IMG/VR virus record: IMGVR_UViG_3300042937_000802
Coordinates: 27,462 to 91,461 of that record
Strand: one strand, 5' to 3'
Origin: a virus
Length of the DNA stretch: 64,000 bases
Part shown: positions 9,075 to 18,682 of the stretch, one piece after another
How positions within the stretch are numbered: position 1 is the stretch's first letter
Layout: each line of letters begins with the position of its first letter
Position numbers and translations under genes: made by a program
Notes under the pieces: model-generated
Databases searched by the model: none
Told to the model about the DNA's origin: nothing
Seen by the model: the letters and a program-made list of their open reading frames with translations, nothing else

Positions 9075-9881
9075 ATGGCATCAACATATATATACCCAAT
9101 TGCAGGTAGCGCTTCTGGTGCTGAAGTTCCTTTGCAACTCAGATTTGATGTTGCAACCTATTCTTTAAAGAATTTTGAAAGAACCAGAGATTCTATCGTA
9201 ACTAGATCCGATGCTACCATAATACTTCCTATGCCAAAAGAACCGGGCTATAGTATCATTCACCAGTTTGGTGAAGGTCAAAATCCTGTTGGACCCGTAA
9301 TTTCTATGGCAGGTGCAGCCAATAGCGGTGGTTTGGATAACTTTGGAACTTTGTATTCAAGAGTAATGCAGCCAGTAGCATTCTTTGCTGAAAGGCAATA
9401 TGCAACTGATACTTATAGAAGGTTTAGTAATATTACCGAACTTACCATGGTTTCAGAGGCTAGAAAAAGTTATTACTTTGAATATTTGTTTGTTCCAAAA
9501 TCACCAGATGAGTCAAATGTTGTTACTGATATAGTTGGAACGTTTAGAAAAGGATCTTATCCAGTAGTTGCTACAGGCTTACCCGAAAGATCTTATCCAC
9601 AAAGACTATGGAATATTTCCGTAATGAATGGTGGAGATATAAATCCAAATAGAACTGCGGATTGGTTTGGTGAACCTCTTCCATGTGTTTTGAGTGGTAT
9701 TGTCGTAAAACATGCAGACTACGGTGATCCAGTATTGCGGTATCTTAAAGACTATCGTTCATCTGCTGTTATGCTTGGTCTTAATTTTGTTGAATTTGAA
9801 ACTGGTACATATGTTCCAGATGCAAATGCTACTTGGTCTAAATCTGAAATTTCAGATTATTATTTTGGATACTCTGGATAA
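9075..9881 (+). CDS. 48: Baseplate tail-tube cap gp48
   Basis: IILPMP, RKSYYFEYLFVPKSPDESNVVTDIVGTFR, CVL...V, LGLNFVEFE; ATG 9075 chosen because the 8940 start would overlap gp4. Confidence 0.75.
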   Translation: MASTYIYPIAGSASGAEVPLQLRFDVATYSLKNFERTRDSIVTRSDATIILPMPKEPGYSIIHQFGEGQNPVGPVISMAGAANSGGLDNFGTLYSRVMQPVAFFAERQYATDTYRRFSNITELTMVSEARKSYYFEYLFVPKSPDESNVVTDIVGTFRKGSYPVVATGLPERSYPQRLWNISVMNGGDINPNRTADWFGEPLPCVLSGIVVKHADYGDPVLRYLKDYRSSAVMLGLNFVEFETGTYVPDANATWSKSEISDYYFGYSG

Positions 9882-10699
9882 TGAAATACTTTGATAAACT
9901 TCCAAAACGAACTTTTGAAACTACACTTGGATCTTTTTCTATTAGTGATTATTTTAGTTACTATAAGTTTAGCTTTGATTTAGTTAGCAAAAGACAATTT
10001 GAATTTGATAGCAAAACCACATTGGTAGAGGCTGCTTCAACTCTATATGAAGATCCCAATTCTTTTTGGTTGATTCTTCTAGCGAATCAAACAATAAATC
10101 CATTTTTCTTGTTTATTGATAACTATACTGATTTTATTCAAAATAACAAATACAAAGAAACAGCAAAAATTGCAAACTCGACAGGAAATAGTGGTTATTA
10201 TATGAGTGCTGGTAGTTTAGTATTACCATATTCGGCAACTGGAGGCAATCCATTTGATTTTAATTATGTTGGTAATTTTTCTTTAGATGGAGATATCTAC
10301 ATTGTAGAAGATCAAGATTCATATACAAAAAGAGTAACAATGAAACCAACACCAAGCAATGGGGTTCCTTTTGCAAGTGGAGGTATTGAGGCACAATATG
10401 TTGATTTTAAAGCACCATCAACATTTATAAATTCTACAGAAACACCAATTAACACACTTGAAAAGTACTCTTATATAGATACAGTAGAATTAATTGAAGA
10501 TTATGGACCTGTTGGATCACTGTTATTTAAAAACATGTTGTTAGGAGATGTTCCAAATGTTTATATTCCTCCAAGCTCTAAAACCGCAGAACAGACAACT
10601 CAACAAGTAGCGCAGTATGCAAATAGAAAGGTGAATATATTTAATCCAAGTGAATTGTCCAAAGTGACTAGTCGTTTAATTACGATTAAATATACATGA
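9881..10699 (+). CDS. 53: Baseplate wedge gp53
   Basis: MKYFDKLP, ASTLYEDPNSFWLILLANQTINPF, NRKVNIFNP. Confidence 0.8.
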   Translation: MKYFDKLPKRTFETTLGSFSISDYFSYYKFSFDLVSKRQFEFDSKTTLVEAASTLYEDPNSFWLILLANQTINPFFLFIDNYTDFIQNNKYKETAKIANSTGNSGYYMSAGSLVLPYSATGGNPFDFNYVGNFSLDGDIYIVEDQDSYTKRVTMKPTPSNGVPFASGGIEAQYVDFKAPSTFINSTETPINTLEKYSYIDTVELIEDYGPVGSLLFKNMLLGDVPNVYIPPSSKTAEQTTQQVAQYANRKVNIFNPSELSKVTSRLITIKYT

Positions 10700-10700
10700 T

Positions 10701-12662
10701 ATGCCTCCAAATTTACAATCAAATCCATTTGACTCACCATTAAGTGCAATCGTACTTAAAAGTTCTACAGATTCACGATATGCATTTAATATTTTAAACA
10801 GAAATAGTCAGTGCCAGTTTCAACGTTTGGAATTAGAAGAAAGTGCATTTGAAATATTTCCTGTTGGCGCTATAGTTGTGCGCGATACACAAGATATAAC
10901 CACGTTTATTCAAAACAATAAAATTGATTATGCCTTAATGTACATGACTGATGGTAAGATGATAAGACTTTCTATTACTAGCACAACCTATGTAAATAAT
11001 GCAGCTTCAGAAACTGAAGAAAACTTTGTATCTATAAATGTTACAAATAGTTTTTATAAATTATCTCAAAAAACTTCAGCATCGGATTTATTAACATCCA
11101 ATGGAAAACTTGAAGATAGAGTTGATTCTTTAAATAATATTTTAGATTATTTTGATCAAAATGTTTTTGCTAAATTACAATATCTAAGTGAATCAGGTGA
11201 ATCATATAAAGGTGAAAGTACTACGGTAAATCCTAGTAACTTTTTTTGTTTAAAAATGTTAAGTCCGGGAAATAATAATAATTTAACATATGCCTCCACA
11301 GATAGTGCTTTTCAATATTTAAATTATATTTCTAGTTTGGCTGTTGGGCCAGAAACATCAAACGGAACACGAGAACCCAGATATCTATTTTGGTCGGAGT
11401 TTGGTGACTATATCAATTTTAAATATTTCTATGAAAAGAAAGATGAGGACACTCAAACATTTAACAAATATAAGAATTACAATTATAGATACAGTGTTTA
11501 TGATTCAGACGTTCCATCACAAACATCGACCAATGGTAATGTCTATAAAAAAATCTATAATTTAAGAACAGATCCGACAAATCAATGGGTATCTAAAAAC
11601 TACTTCTATGTTAGAAAAACACCAAAATTTTTAGATAGTGTGCCATCATATCTTACTACCAACCAACAAAAACAAGATTATACAACAAAAGCTCTTACAT
11701 ATCATTTTCAAGATGATGGAGAAAAATATAATATTGAAGTAATAGCATCTAGTGGTGCTATAAATGGTGTTACTTCTGGTGCAGAGGAAATGATATGTGA
11801 GAAGAACTGGGGCTGGATCTCAGATGATAACACAACAAATGATAATGCTCCACCCACATATGGATCTGGAGAATTTGGTTTTGCAAAATCTTATTCTCAA
11901 ATAAATTATATGGGAAATAGTGGTTATTTTTCACATTCAGATAATATCGATATGTGGAAAAATCTATTTGATGCTACTGAAATTCATCCAAATTATCCAA
12001 ACCCAGCTAATGCGTCAACAGCAGTAAATGATTTTTTATATAATGTAATTCAAACAAACTTGACAAATTTGTATAAAGGAAATACTTACGTTCCTGAAAA
12101 TTTGGAAATAAGACGACAAATAGAAAGAGAAAACTTTGTATTGTATTCTTTATGCTGTATGGGTGATGGTGAAGAATCATTCTTTGCTAGTTTGATTCGA
12201 TATGCACCAGATCCATTTACTTCCATACCATTGATTGGAGGGGACGGTCTTAAGTGGCGGTATAAGTGGGAAGGATTAAAATTTACAAATGGTGCTGGTA
12301 GTACTTATTGGACAGCAATGGAATTGTGGGAATCTGATTCAACAAATATGGCAACTGGCACAGGTCCAAATGATTCGTGGGCAATAAATTTAAATGAACG
12401 AACTGCAGGTTTAGGAAGTCCAGCATACTATCCACCTGGATGGGTCAGTACTGGTCTTGGTTCGGGATTTAAATATCGACCTATTGGATGTTATACTACA
12501 ATTCCAAATACGGCTGGCGATACGATTGCACATATTGTAAAGATGTATAAAACTACCGCAGAAAGACTTGCTGTTGAAGGGGGTATAGCCGTACCACCCG
12601 AATTAAAAGGAAAAATGTTGTATTATTTTAGTGCTGAAAACGTAGTAGATGGGAGCTGCTAA
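10701..12662 (+). CDS. Baseplate hub (gp27-like), N-terminal part with large insertions
   Basis: Follows gp53; LELEESAFEIFPVGAIVVRD and YLFWSE...NFK resemble hub N-terminal motifs. Confidence 0.5.
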   Translation: MPPNLQSNPFDSPLSAIVLKSSTDSRYAFNILNRNSQCQFQRLELEESAFEIFPVGAIVVRDTQDITTFIQNNKIDYALMYMTDGKMIRLSITSTTYVNNAASETEENFVSINVTNSFYKLSQKTSASDLLTSNGKLEDRVDSLNNILDYFDQNVFAKLQYLSESGESYKGESTTVNPSNFFCLKMLSPGNNNNLTYASTDSAFQYLNYISSLAVGPETSNGTREPRYLFWSEFGDYINFKYFYEKKDEDTQTFNKYKNYNYRYSVYDSDVPSQTSTNGNVYKKIYNLRTDPTNQWVSKNYFYVRKTPKFLDSVPSYLTTNQQKQDYTTKALTYHFQDDGEKYNIEVIASSGAINGVTSGAEEMICEKNWGWISDDNTTNDNAPPTYGSGEFGFAKSYSQINYMGNSGYFSHSDNIDMWKNLFDATEIHPNYPNPANASTAVNDFLYNVIQTNLTNLYKGNTYVPENLEIRRQIERENFVLYSLCCMGDGEESFFASLIRYAPDPFTSIPLIGGDGLKWRYKWEGLKFTNGAGSTYWTAMELWESDSTNMATGTGPNDSWAINLNERTAGLGSPAYYPPGWVSTGLGSGFKYRPIGCYTTIPNTAGDTIAHIVKMYKTTAERLAVEGGIAVPPELKGKMLYYFSAENVVDGSC

Positions 12663-13519
12663 TGCCAAAACGTGGAAAAACTGTAACTCTTGGAACAAAT
12701 GTTTTAAATGTACCAATTGGAAATTTTGGTTCTAGGAGCGAATATGTATGTGCAAATGCTCAAATAGTGCAAGGTGTTACATCAACTCCAAACTCATTGG
12801 AAGAATGTTTTTCTAAATTCCCTGGTATATTAGCTATTGCTACTGCTGTAGGTATTACTAGTTCTACTTCATTGTGGTCATTTCCTGGTGTCACTTATGG
12901 TACAGAAGGTCTTACATATCCATTAGATATATACCTTGGCACCGCTTCAAATGAATGCAAAGAAATAAGTAATAATACTAGATTAGGAAAAGACTTTTTT
13001 GGTTGTCTTTGGGGAGTACCTGAAGCTCCATATAACTGTAGTTGCCCTGATCTTGGACCTAAGTTTGAAGCATATTTAAAACTTAGATTAAATGTTGCTA
13101 CTTTTTGGAATACTCCAAAAGCTACTCCCGTTAAAAGAAAAGAGTTTTTGGATGCTTTAAAGTATGCCAGAAAACTAACAATTAATATTGCTGGTGACTA
13201 TTCAATAAAAGTTGGTAACTTTGTAGAAATTTTAGCAAACAATATAAGTGGTTATCCATATTTTTCAGGTGGATCAGTAATAAATGGTATTTATTGGGTG
13301 CTTGGTGTAAAACATGTTTTTACTAATTCCGGTACACATGAAACCATTTTAACTCTATCTGATATATTACCATCAACTTCTGCACCAATAAATTCTAGTG
13401 GTGGGAATAATCAAAATACAGTACCCCCTTGGAATATCGATTTAGATATTCCAAATAATCCTGGTAACTTCAATGATCCATTCTTTCCAACAAATATTGG
13501 TGACCAGATCTGGTCATAA
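12662..13519 (+). CDS. Baseplate hub (gp27-like), C-terminal part
   Basis: LTINIAGDYSIKVGNFVEI...NGIYWVLGVKHVFTNSGTHETILTL matches the gp27/gpD/VgrG C-terminal barrel pattern. Confidence 0.55.
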   Translation: MPKRGKTVTLGTNVLNVPIGNFGSRSEYVCANAQIVQGVTSTPNSLEECFSKFPGILAIATAVGITSSTSLWSFPGVTYGTEGLTYPLDIYLGTASNECKEISNNTRLGKDFFGCLWGVPEAPYNCSCPDLGPKFEAYLKLRLNVATFWNTPKATPVKRKEFLDALKYARKLTINIAGDYSIKVGNFVEILANNISGYPYFSGGSVINGIYWVLGVKHVFTNSGTHETILTLSDILPSTSAPINSSGGNNQNTVPPWNIDLDIPNNPGNFNDPFFPTNIGDQIWS

Positions 13520-13521
13520 TG

Positions 13522-13529
13522 TATAAATA
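13522..13529 (+). promoter_or_regulatory. T4-type late promoter
   Basis: TATAAATA 7 nt before the gp25 ATG. Confidence 0.7.
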
Positions 13530-13536
13530 AATTAGA

Positions 13537-13920
13537 ATGAAAACCAAAGATTTTTCAATATTATTAGAAAAAGTATCAACTGCAAATTCCAAAAAAGATT
13601 TGGCATTTGTGAGTGGTACAAATTCTATAGTTCAACAAATTGAAAATGTACTGAGAACAAATAAAGGTGAAAATGTTTCAAACATGAGTTTTGGAGCAAA
13701 TATCAGAGATTATACCTATGACGTTGCCGTCAATAGACAAATTATTACAAGTACTTTGAGGTCAGTAATCAAATCCTCAATAAGAAAAATATTTGATGTA
13801 TCTGTTACTGTAAATTATTATTCGGATACAGCAATAATCTTTGATATTCAATTTTCTACAGAAATATCTTTAACTAGTCAAAATAAATCATCCTGCCAGA
13901 TAGAGATACCATTATCATGA
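13537..13920 (+). CDS. 25: Baseplate wedge gp25
   Basis: SIVQQIENVLRTNKGENVSNMSFGANI. Confidence 0.8.
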   Translation: MKTKDFSILLEKVSTANSKKDLAFVSGTNSIVQQIENVLRTNKGENVSNMSFGANIRDYTYDVAVNRQIITSTLRSVIKSSIRKIFDVSVTVNYYSDTAIIFDIQFSTEISLTSQNKSSCQIEIPLS

Positions 13921-14990
13921 CATACAATTTAAAAACTTTAAATGTAGCCTCTTTGGATTTTGAAGATATTAAAAATTCATTGATTTCTTTTTTAGAAATA
14001 CAACCCGGTTTGACCGACATTGATTTTAGAAACCAAGCTAGCACTGCTAATCTTTTAATTAATATTCTATCAACTGCCACAGCATATAATGGTGTATATT
14101 CACAATTTGGATTTACCGAATCATTTTTATCAACAGCAACGTTATTAGAATCTGTAATATCAATTGCTTCAAATCATTCAATTGTTGTTCCGCTTGTAAA
14201 ATCTGCAACCGTAAAGGTTTCTACTCGTGCATATGTTCAAGATTATCAATCTTATGCAGCTACGGCGACAGATGGAAGTAATGTAAATTTCTTTGTTATA
14301 AATGGAACACCTGGGGGTTTAACAAGTGCACAGGAAATGTATCTATATGCTGGCTCAAATGTGCAAACATTTAGCAATTATGACTTTACAAGCCAGTCAA
14401 TACTTTTACCATATAACATTGACCCCGATACTATTTCTTTTTACGTTATTCCAGATTCTTTAAATAAAGCTGAAAAAGTAAAATGGACACGAGTCAGTAA
14501 AGGTAATATGACTACCAATACAGACAACAATTATTTTACTGTTACAAATTCTGCTAATGGTTATCTAGTTACTAATAATTTTGCAAATGCAAATACCGTT
14601 CCTACTTCTAAGTCCGTTATAGTTCGTGCAGTTACTGCAAATGGAACAAGTGGAAATAACGCTGTATTAGCTGACCCAAATAATGATTTTGATCTTATTG
14701 GCACTCCCGGTGGTGGTTATAATACGATATCGCTCGATACTGCCAAAGCAAAACTACTTTTTGAATTAAACTATGACCGATGTGTAACTCTCAAAGATTT
14801 TACTAATGCTATAGTTGGTTCTGGTATCTCTGGAACATCTGATCCAGATATGGTATATGTAAGAAATGGTGATATTCCGGGATCTGTTAATGTTTATGTA
14901 ACTGATCTTTCTACTGGAAGTCAAGCGGCTCTAATGGAATACCTAGAAGCCAAAGTCATAGCTGGAATACAGGTGGTATACGGACTATGA
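13917..14990 (+). CDS. 6: Baseplate wedge gp6 (short, 357 aa)
   Basis: LDFEDIKNSLISFL, DIDF..S...LLINILS, ESFLSTATLLESVISIA, RCVTLKDF. Confidence 0.85.
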   Translation: MTYNLKTLNVASLDFEDIKNSLISFLEIQPGLTDIDFRNQASTANLLINILSTATAYNGVYSQFGFTESFLSTATLLESVISIASNHSIVVPLVKSATVKVSTRAYVQDYQSYAATATDGSNVNFFVINGTPGGLTSAQEMYLYAGSNVQTFSNYDFTSQSILLPYNIDPDTISFYVIPDSLNKAEKVKWTRVSKGNMTTNTDNNYFTVTNSANGYLVTNNFANANTVPTSKSVIVRAVTANGTSGNNAVLADPNNDFDLIGTPGGGYNTISLDTAKAKLLFELNYDRCVTLKDFTNAIVGSGISGTSDPDMVYVRNGDIPGSVNVYVTDLSTGSQAALMEYLEAKVIAGIQVVYGL

Positions 14991-15610
14991 TTCCTCTGTT
15001 CTTTAACAGATTACCCGTAAGTATTGCTCAAAAAGTTGAATTGCTTTTTGAAAAAGCATTAAAGCAATATGGTTCAGAATTATATAATGTTGGAAAAGAC
15101 AAATTTATTGGTGATAATCTAACAGTTGAATCATTGTTTCCAGAGTGGATAATTCAGGAATATCAAAGCAATACTTCTAATGTGACAATTGTTCCTATTG
15201 TCAAACAATATCTTCGTTGGCTGTACAGCATGAAATATGGCTATGGTGCATATATTCCGTGGGAAGTATTGAGAAGTCCAGTATTCATGCCACCTGAATT
15301 GTTACAGGGGTTGGCTGAATTATATTTCCCCGGAGAAGATTTCTCATCTGATGAATTATCAGATATTCTTCCAAACATTCCAAAATTTTCAATACAAGTG
15401 GATTATCAATACTTCGGAAAAAAGGGAACTCCTGGTGGCATTCGTTATGTGTTAACAACTCTAATGGGTTATAGTTATTCAACTACTAAAGTTATAAGTT
15501 TTAGTAATTCTGTTATAAAAATTATTGCAAATGTTTCAGATAACCATAAAGCTTTCTTAGAAAGAAGTGTTATACCAGCCGGAATGGTGATTATATATGA
15601 GGCTCCATAA
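14987..15610 (+). CDS. gp7-like baseplate wedge protein (short, 207 aa)
   Basis: VESLFPEWI, KQYLRWL, YFGKKGTPGGIRYVLTTL, SVIPAGM; follows gp6. Confidence 0.6.
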   Translation: MIPLFFNRLPVSIAQKVELLFEKALKQYGSELYNVGKDKFIGDNLTVESLFPEWIIQEYQSNTSNVTIVPIVKQYLRWLYSMKYGYGAYIPWEVLRSPVFMPPELLQGLAELYFPGEDFSSDELSDILPNIPKFSIQVDYQYFGKKGTPGGIRYVLTTLMGYSYSTTKVISFSNSVIKIIANVSDNHKAFLERSVIPAGMVIIYEAP

Positions 15611-16056
15611 TGTTATCAAAAATTGTTCTGTTTGCACTATCTGTTGCATCGCGTGGATTAAAAAATCATAAAACTGATTTACCAACTAAACAACTCAGGT
15701 ATATATCTTGTTACGGTAATGGTATTATACCTCCTTGTAAATTTTTAAATAAAAGCAAAGACTCAGAACATTATTATTGTGGAAAATGTGGCTGCGGAGA
15801 TCATAAACATACTTGGTTGGTACGAGAAGCTGGTGAGTATTCTAAATTAGATTATCCAGTAATAAGTTGTCCATTAAAGATGCCGGGATTCAGTAATTAT
15901 GATCCAAATTTTTATGATAAAGAAGATGGCCAACGAAAACGTGATATTGAAAATTTAAATCCTGCATCTGTGGAGTTGGTACAAATAACAGTAAATCACA
16001 GTGAAGAAAATGAACGACTATTTGAAAAACTGAATAACATTATGAAAAATTCATAA
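15610..16056 (+). CDS. Cys-rich hypothetical protein (putative metal-binding)
   Basis: RYISCYG..PPCKFL..YCGKCGCGD..CPLK. Confidence 0.6.
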   Translation: MLSKIVLFALSVASRGLKNHKTDLPTKQLRYISCYGNGIIPPCKFLNKSKDSEHYYCGKCGCGDHKHTWLVREAGEYSKLDYPVISCPLKMPGFSNYDPNFYDKEDGQRKRDIENLNPASVELVQITVNHSEENERLFEKLNNIMKNS

Positions 16057-16059
16057 ATA
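16052..16059 (+). promoter_or_regulatory. Late promoter
   Basis: CATAAATA 5 nt before the gp13 ATG. Confidence 0.55.
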
Positions 16060-16064
16060 TTTTC

Positions 16065-16892
16065 ATGGCCATTACAACCCGTCAAAACTTTATAGATTAT
16101 TGCTTTAGATCTCTGGGTGCACCTGTAGTGCAAGTAAATATTGATTCCAAACAAGCAGAAGATAGACTTGATGAAGCTCTTGAATATATGTATGAAAGGC
16201 ATTTTGATTTTAATCAACGTGCTTTATTTTTATATCAAATAACGGAAGCAGATAGAGTTAATAGATATTTTGATACAACTCAATTTGGGCCAGCTCTTGG
16301 TGCACAAATTAAAACAGATGAAAATGGAAATACTGGTTACTGGCCTTTAGCAACAGATATTCGTACTATTACAAAGGTATATTCTCCAAGTGATATTGTT
16401 GGTGATTATATGTTTGATTTGCGGTATCAAATGACATTGTTTGATTTTTTTGGATTGTACTTCAACCAGTCAGGCGCCCCTCAGGGACCAATGGCGGCAT
16501 ACATGGAAGGTATGAGTTATATTAAATTGGTTAATGATGTATTTAACTACCCAACATCCTTTACATATACGAGAACAACTGACAGACTATTTTTAGATAC
16601 AGAGCATAGCAAACTTCCTGCCGGAGCATTTTTAATGGTAGAAGCATATGTTCAAATTGACACAAGCCAATATAATAAAGTTTGGAATGATAGAGTTTTC
16701 AAAAGATATTATACTGCATTATTGAAAAAACAATGGGCTCAAAATCTATTAAAATTTACTGGTGTTCCTTTACCCGGTGGTGCTCAATTAAATGCCCCAG
16801 CACTGATGACTGAAGCATTAACTGAATTAAATACCATAGAACAACAACTAGTAAAAACACAAGAATTGCCACCTGATCCACTTATAGGTTAA
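16065..16892 (+). CDS. 13: Neck protein gp13
   Basis: YCFRSLGAPVVQVNIDSKQAEDRLDEALEY, KKQWAQNLLKFTGVPLPGG. Confidence 0.93.
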   Translation: MAITTRQNFIDYCFRSLGAPVVQVNIDSKQAEDRLDEALEYMYERHFDFNQRALFLYQITEADRVNRYFDTTQFGPALGAQIKTDENGNTGYWPLATDIRTITKVYSPSDIVGDYMFDLRYQMTLFDFFGLYFNQSGAPQGPMAAYMEGMSYIKLVNDVFNYPTSFTYTRTTDRLFLDTEHSKLPAGAFLMVEAYVQIDTSQYNKVWNDRVFKRYYTALLKKQWAQNLLKFTGVPLPGGAQLNAPALMTEALTELNTIEQQLVKTQELPPDPLIG

Positions 16893-16893
16893 A

Positions 16894-17559
16894 ATGACCA
16901 CAAATCCTTATATAATAAACTATAGTAATAAAGGTGAGCAAGATCTTGCTGAGGGTATTACTATAGAAATAATACAGGCAATGGGACAGGATTGTATATA
17001 TGTTCCAAGAGAATATTTTTCAATAGATAAAGTTTTTGGTGAGGATCCTGGATCATCATTTACGAAATCTTATACACTAGAAATGTATTTGATGAATTAT
17101 AAAGGATTTGATGGAACTGATATAATAACTCAATTTGGTCTTGAGATTAAAGATAAAGTTACTTTATTATTTGCAAGAAAAAGATTTTTTCAAGAAGTAA
17201 CTAATAGACAAAATTCAATTACTAGACCCAGAGAGGGAGATTTAATTTATTTTCCTCTTTCAAAATCTTTATTTGAAATAAACTTTGTAGAGCATGAAAA
17301 TCCATTATATCCATTTGGCAAACTTTATTCTTATATGATAACAGCAGAATTGTTTACCTATAGTTATGAAAAGGTTAAAACAAATAATGCTACAATTGAT
17401 TCTATAGTTTCACAGACTCGTGGTTTCTCTGGATCACAAATCATACCACTCAATATAAATATTGGCACAACTGCTGGTATAAATGATACTCTACAGACAG
17501 AAGCCAAAGGATATACGTTTGATCCTCAGAATCCCTTTGCAGCAGAAGAAAGTCCTTAA
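16894..17559 (+). CDS. 14: Neck protein gp14
   Basis: GQDCIYVPRE, FGLEIKD, RPREGDLIYFPL, LFEINFVEHENP. Confidence 0.93.
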   Translation: MTTNPYIINYSNKGEQDLAEGITIEIIQAMGQDCIYVPREYFSIDKVFGEDPGSSFTKSYTLEMYLMNYKGFDGTDIITQFGLEIKDKVTLLFARKRFFQEVTNRQNSITRPREGDLIYFPLSKSLFEINFVEHENPLYPFGKLYSYMITAELFTYSYEKVKTNNATIDSIVSQTRGFSGSQIIPLNINIGTTAGINDTLQTEAKGYTFDPQNPFAAEESP

Positions 17560-17567
17560 GGTAATAA

Positions 17568-18245
17568 ATGTTTGGATATTTTTACAACCAAAGTCTTAGA
17601 AAATTAGTGATAGGATTTGGTACCCTATTCAATAATATATCTGTTGACCATGTTAATCCTGATGGTGGTAGCGATCTTAACATTCGTGTACCCATTACTT
17701 ATGCTTCTCAAGAAAAATTTATAATAAGGTTTTTAGAACCATCATCAATTAATGATGGTTTAAGAATTGAAAACCAGCTTCCGCGTATGAGTTATGTTAT
17801 GACAAGCATACAAGCGGATCCAAGCCGAAGACGCAATGTAAATACACCTTCACTTTCACGGTCAACAGCAAATTGTGCCGAAAATCCACTGGTTATAACC
17901 GAAGAAATTCCAGTCAATATAGGATTTACTTTGTTTATTTATTCAAGACATATTGATGATACATTGCAAATTGTTGAACAAATAATGCCGTATTTTAATC
18001 CACAGCACGTGATAACAATGGATTTAAATCCTGCAAAACCGGGTATCAATATACCCATAACGCTGGTTTCCAATAGCATCAGTGAAAGGTATGATGGCGA
18101 TCTTTCTACTCGTCGTATTAATATTTCTTCATTTACTTTTGTAGCAAAAAGTTATATATTTGGAAAGGTGCAAAATGGAACTGTTATCAATTCAGTTTCT
18201 GTTTCCGGCCTAACAGCTGGAATTGCATTTGGATTTGACTCATGA
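17568..18245 (+). CDS. 15: Tail sheath stabilizer gp15
   Basis: YFYNQSLRKLVIGFGTLFNNI, LPRMSY, QIVEQIMPYFNP. Confidence 0.93.
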   Translation: MFGYFYNQSLRKLVIGFGTLFNNISVDHVNPDGGSDLNIRVPITYASQEKFIIRFLEPSSINDGLRIENQLPRMSYVMTSIQADPSRRRNVNTPSLSRSTANCAENPLVITEEIPVNIGFTLFIYSRHIDDTLQIVEQIMPYFNPQHVITMDLNPAKPGINIPITLVSNSISERYDGDLSTRRINISSFTFVAKSYIFGKVQNGTVINSVSVSGLTAGIAFGFDS

Positions 18246-18682
18246 ATAAACAATTAGCTAAATTTTTTAATGTTCCTGATCAACCAGACTCTAAAACAAA
18301 AGAAATTTTGGGCGGTACGTACGATGCAAATAATTTTCAAAAAGATTATACACTTGTACAATCAAATCTAAAAGATTTGATTGGTAGCGGAAATGTTGCT
18401 TTGGAGGCTGCATTGAAAGTTGCTACTGAATCTGATGCACCCAGAGCATTTGAAGTGGTTGCTATTCTTTTAAAGACAATGGCAGATTTAAACAACAATG
18501 TATTAGATGTACATAAAAAAGCTAAAGAAACTACAAATACTAAGACTGAAATAAAGCAGACAAATAATTCTGTGTTTGTTGGTTCGACAAAGGATTTGCA
18601 GAACCTGTTAAATAAAGATAGAAGTACAGAAAAAAATGTGATTGATATAGAGGCAATAAAGAATGAGTCTCAACAAGAATAA
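18242..18682 (+). CDS. 16: Terminase small subunit gp16
   Basis: ESDAPRAFEVV, NNSVFVGSTKDLQNLL. Confidence 0.92.
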   Translation: MNKQLAKFFNVPDQPDSKTKEILGGTYDANNFQKDYTLVQSNLKDLIGSGNVALEAALKVATESDAPRAFEVVAILLKTMADLNNNVLDVHKKAKETTNTKTEIKQTNNSVFVGSTKDLQNLLNKDRSTEKNVIDIEAIKNESQQE

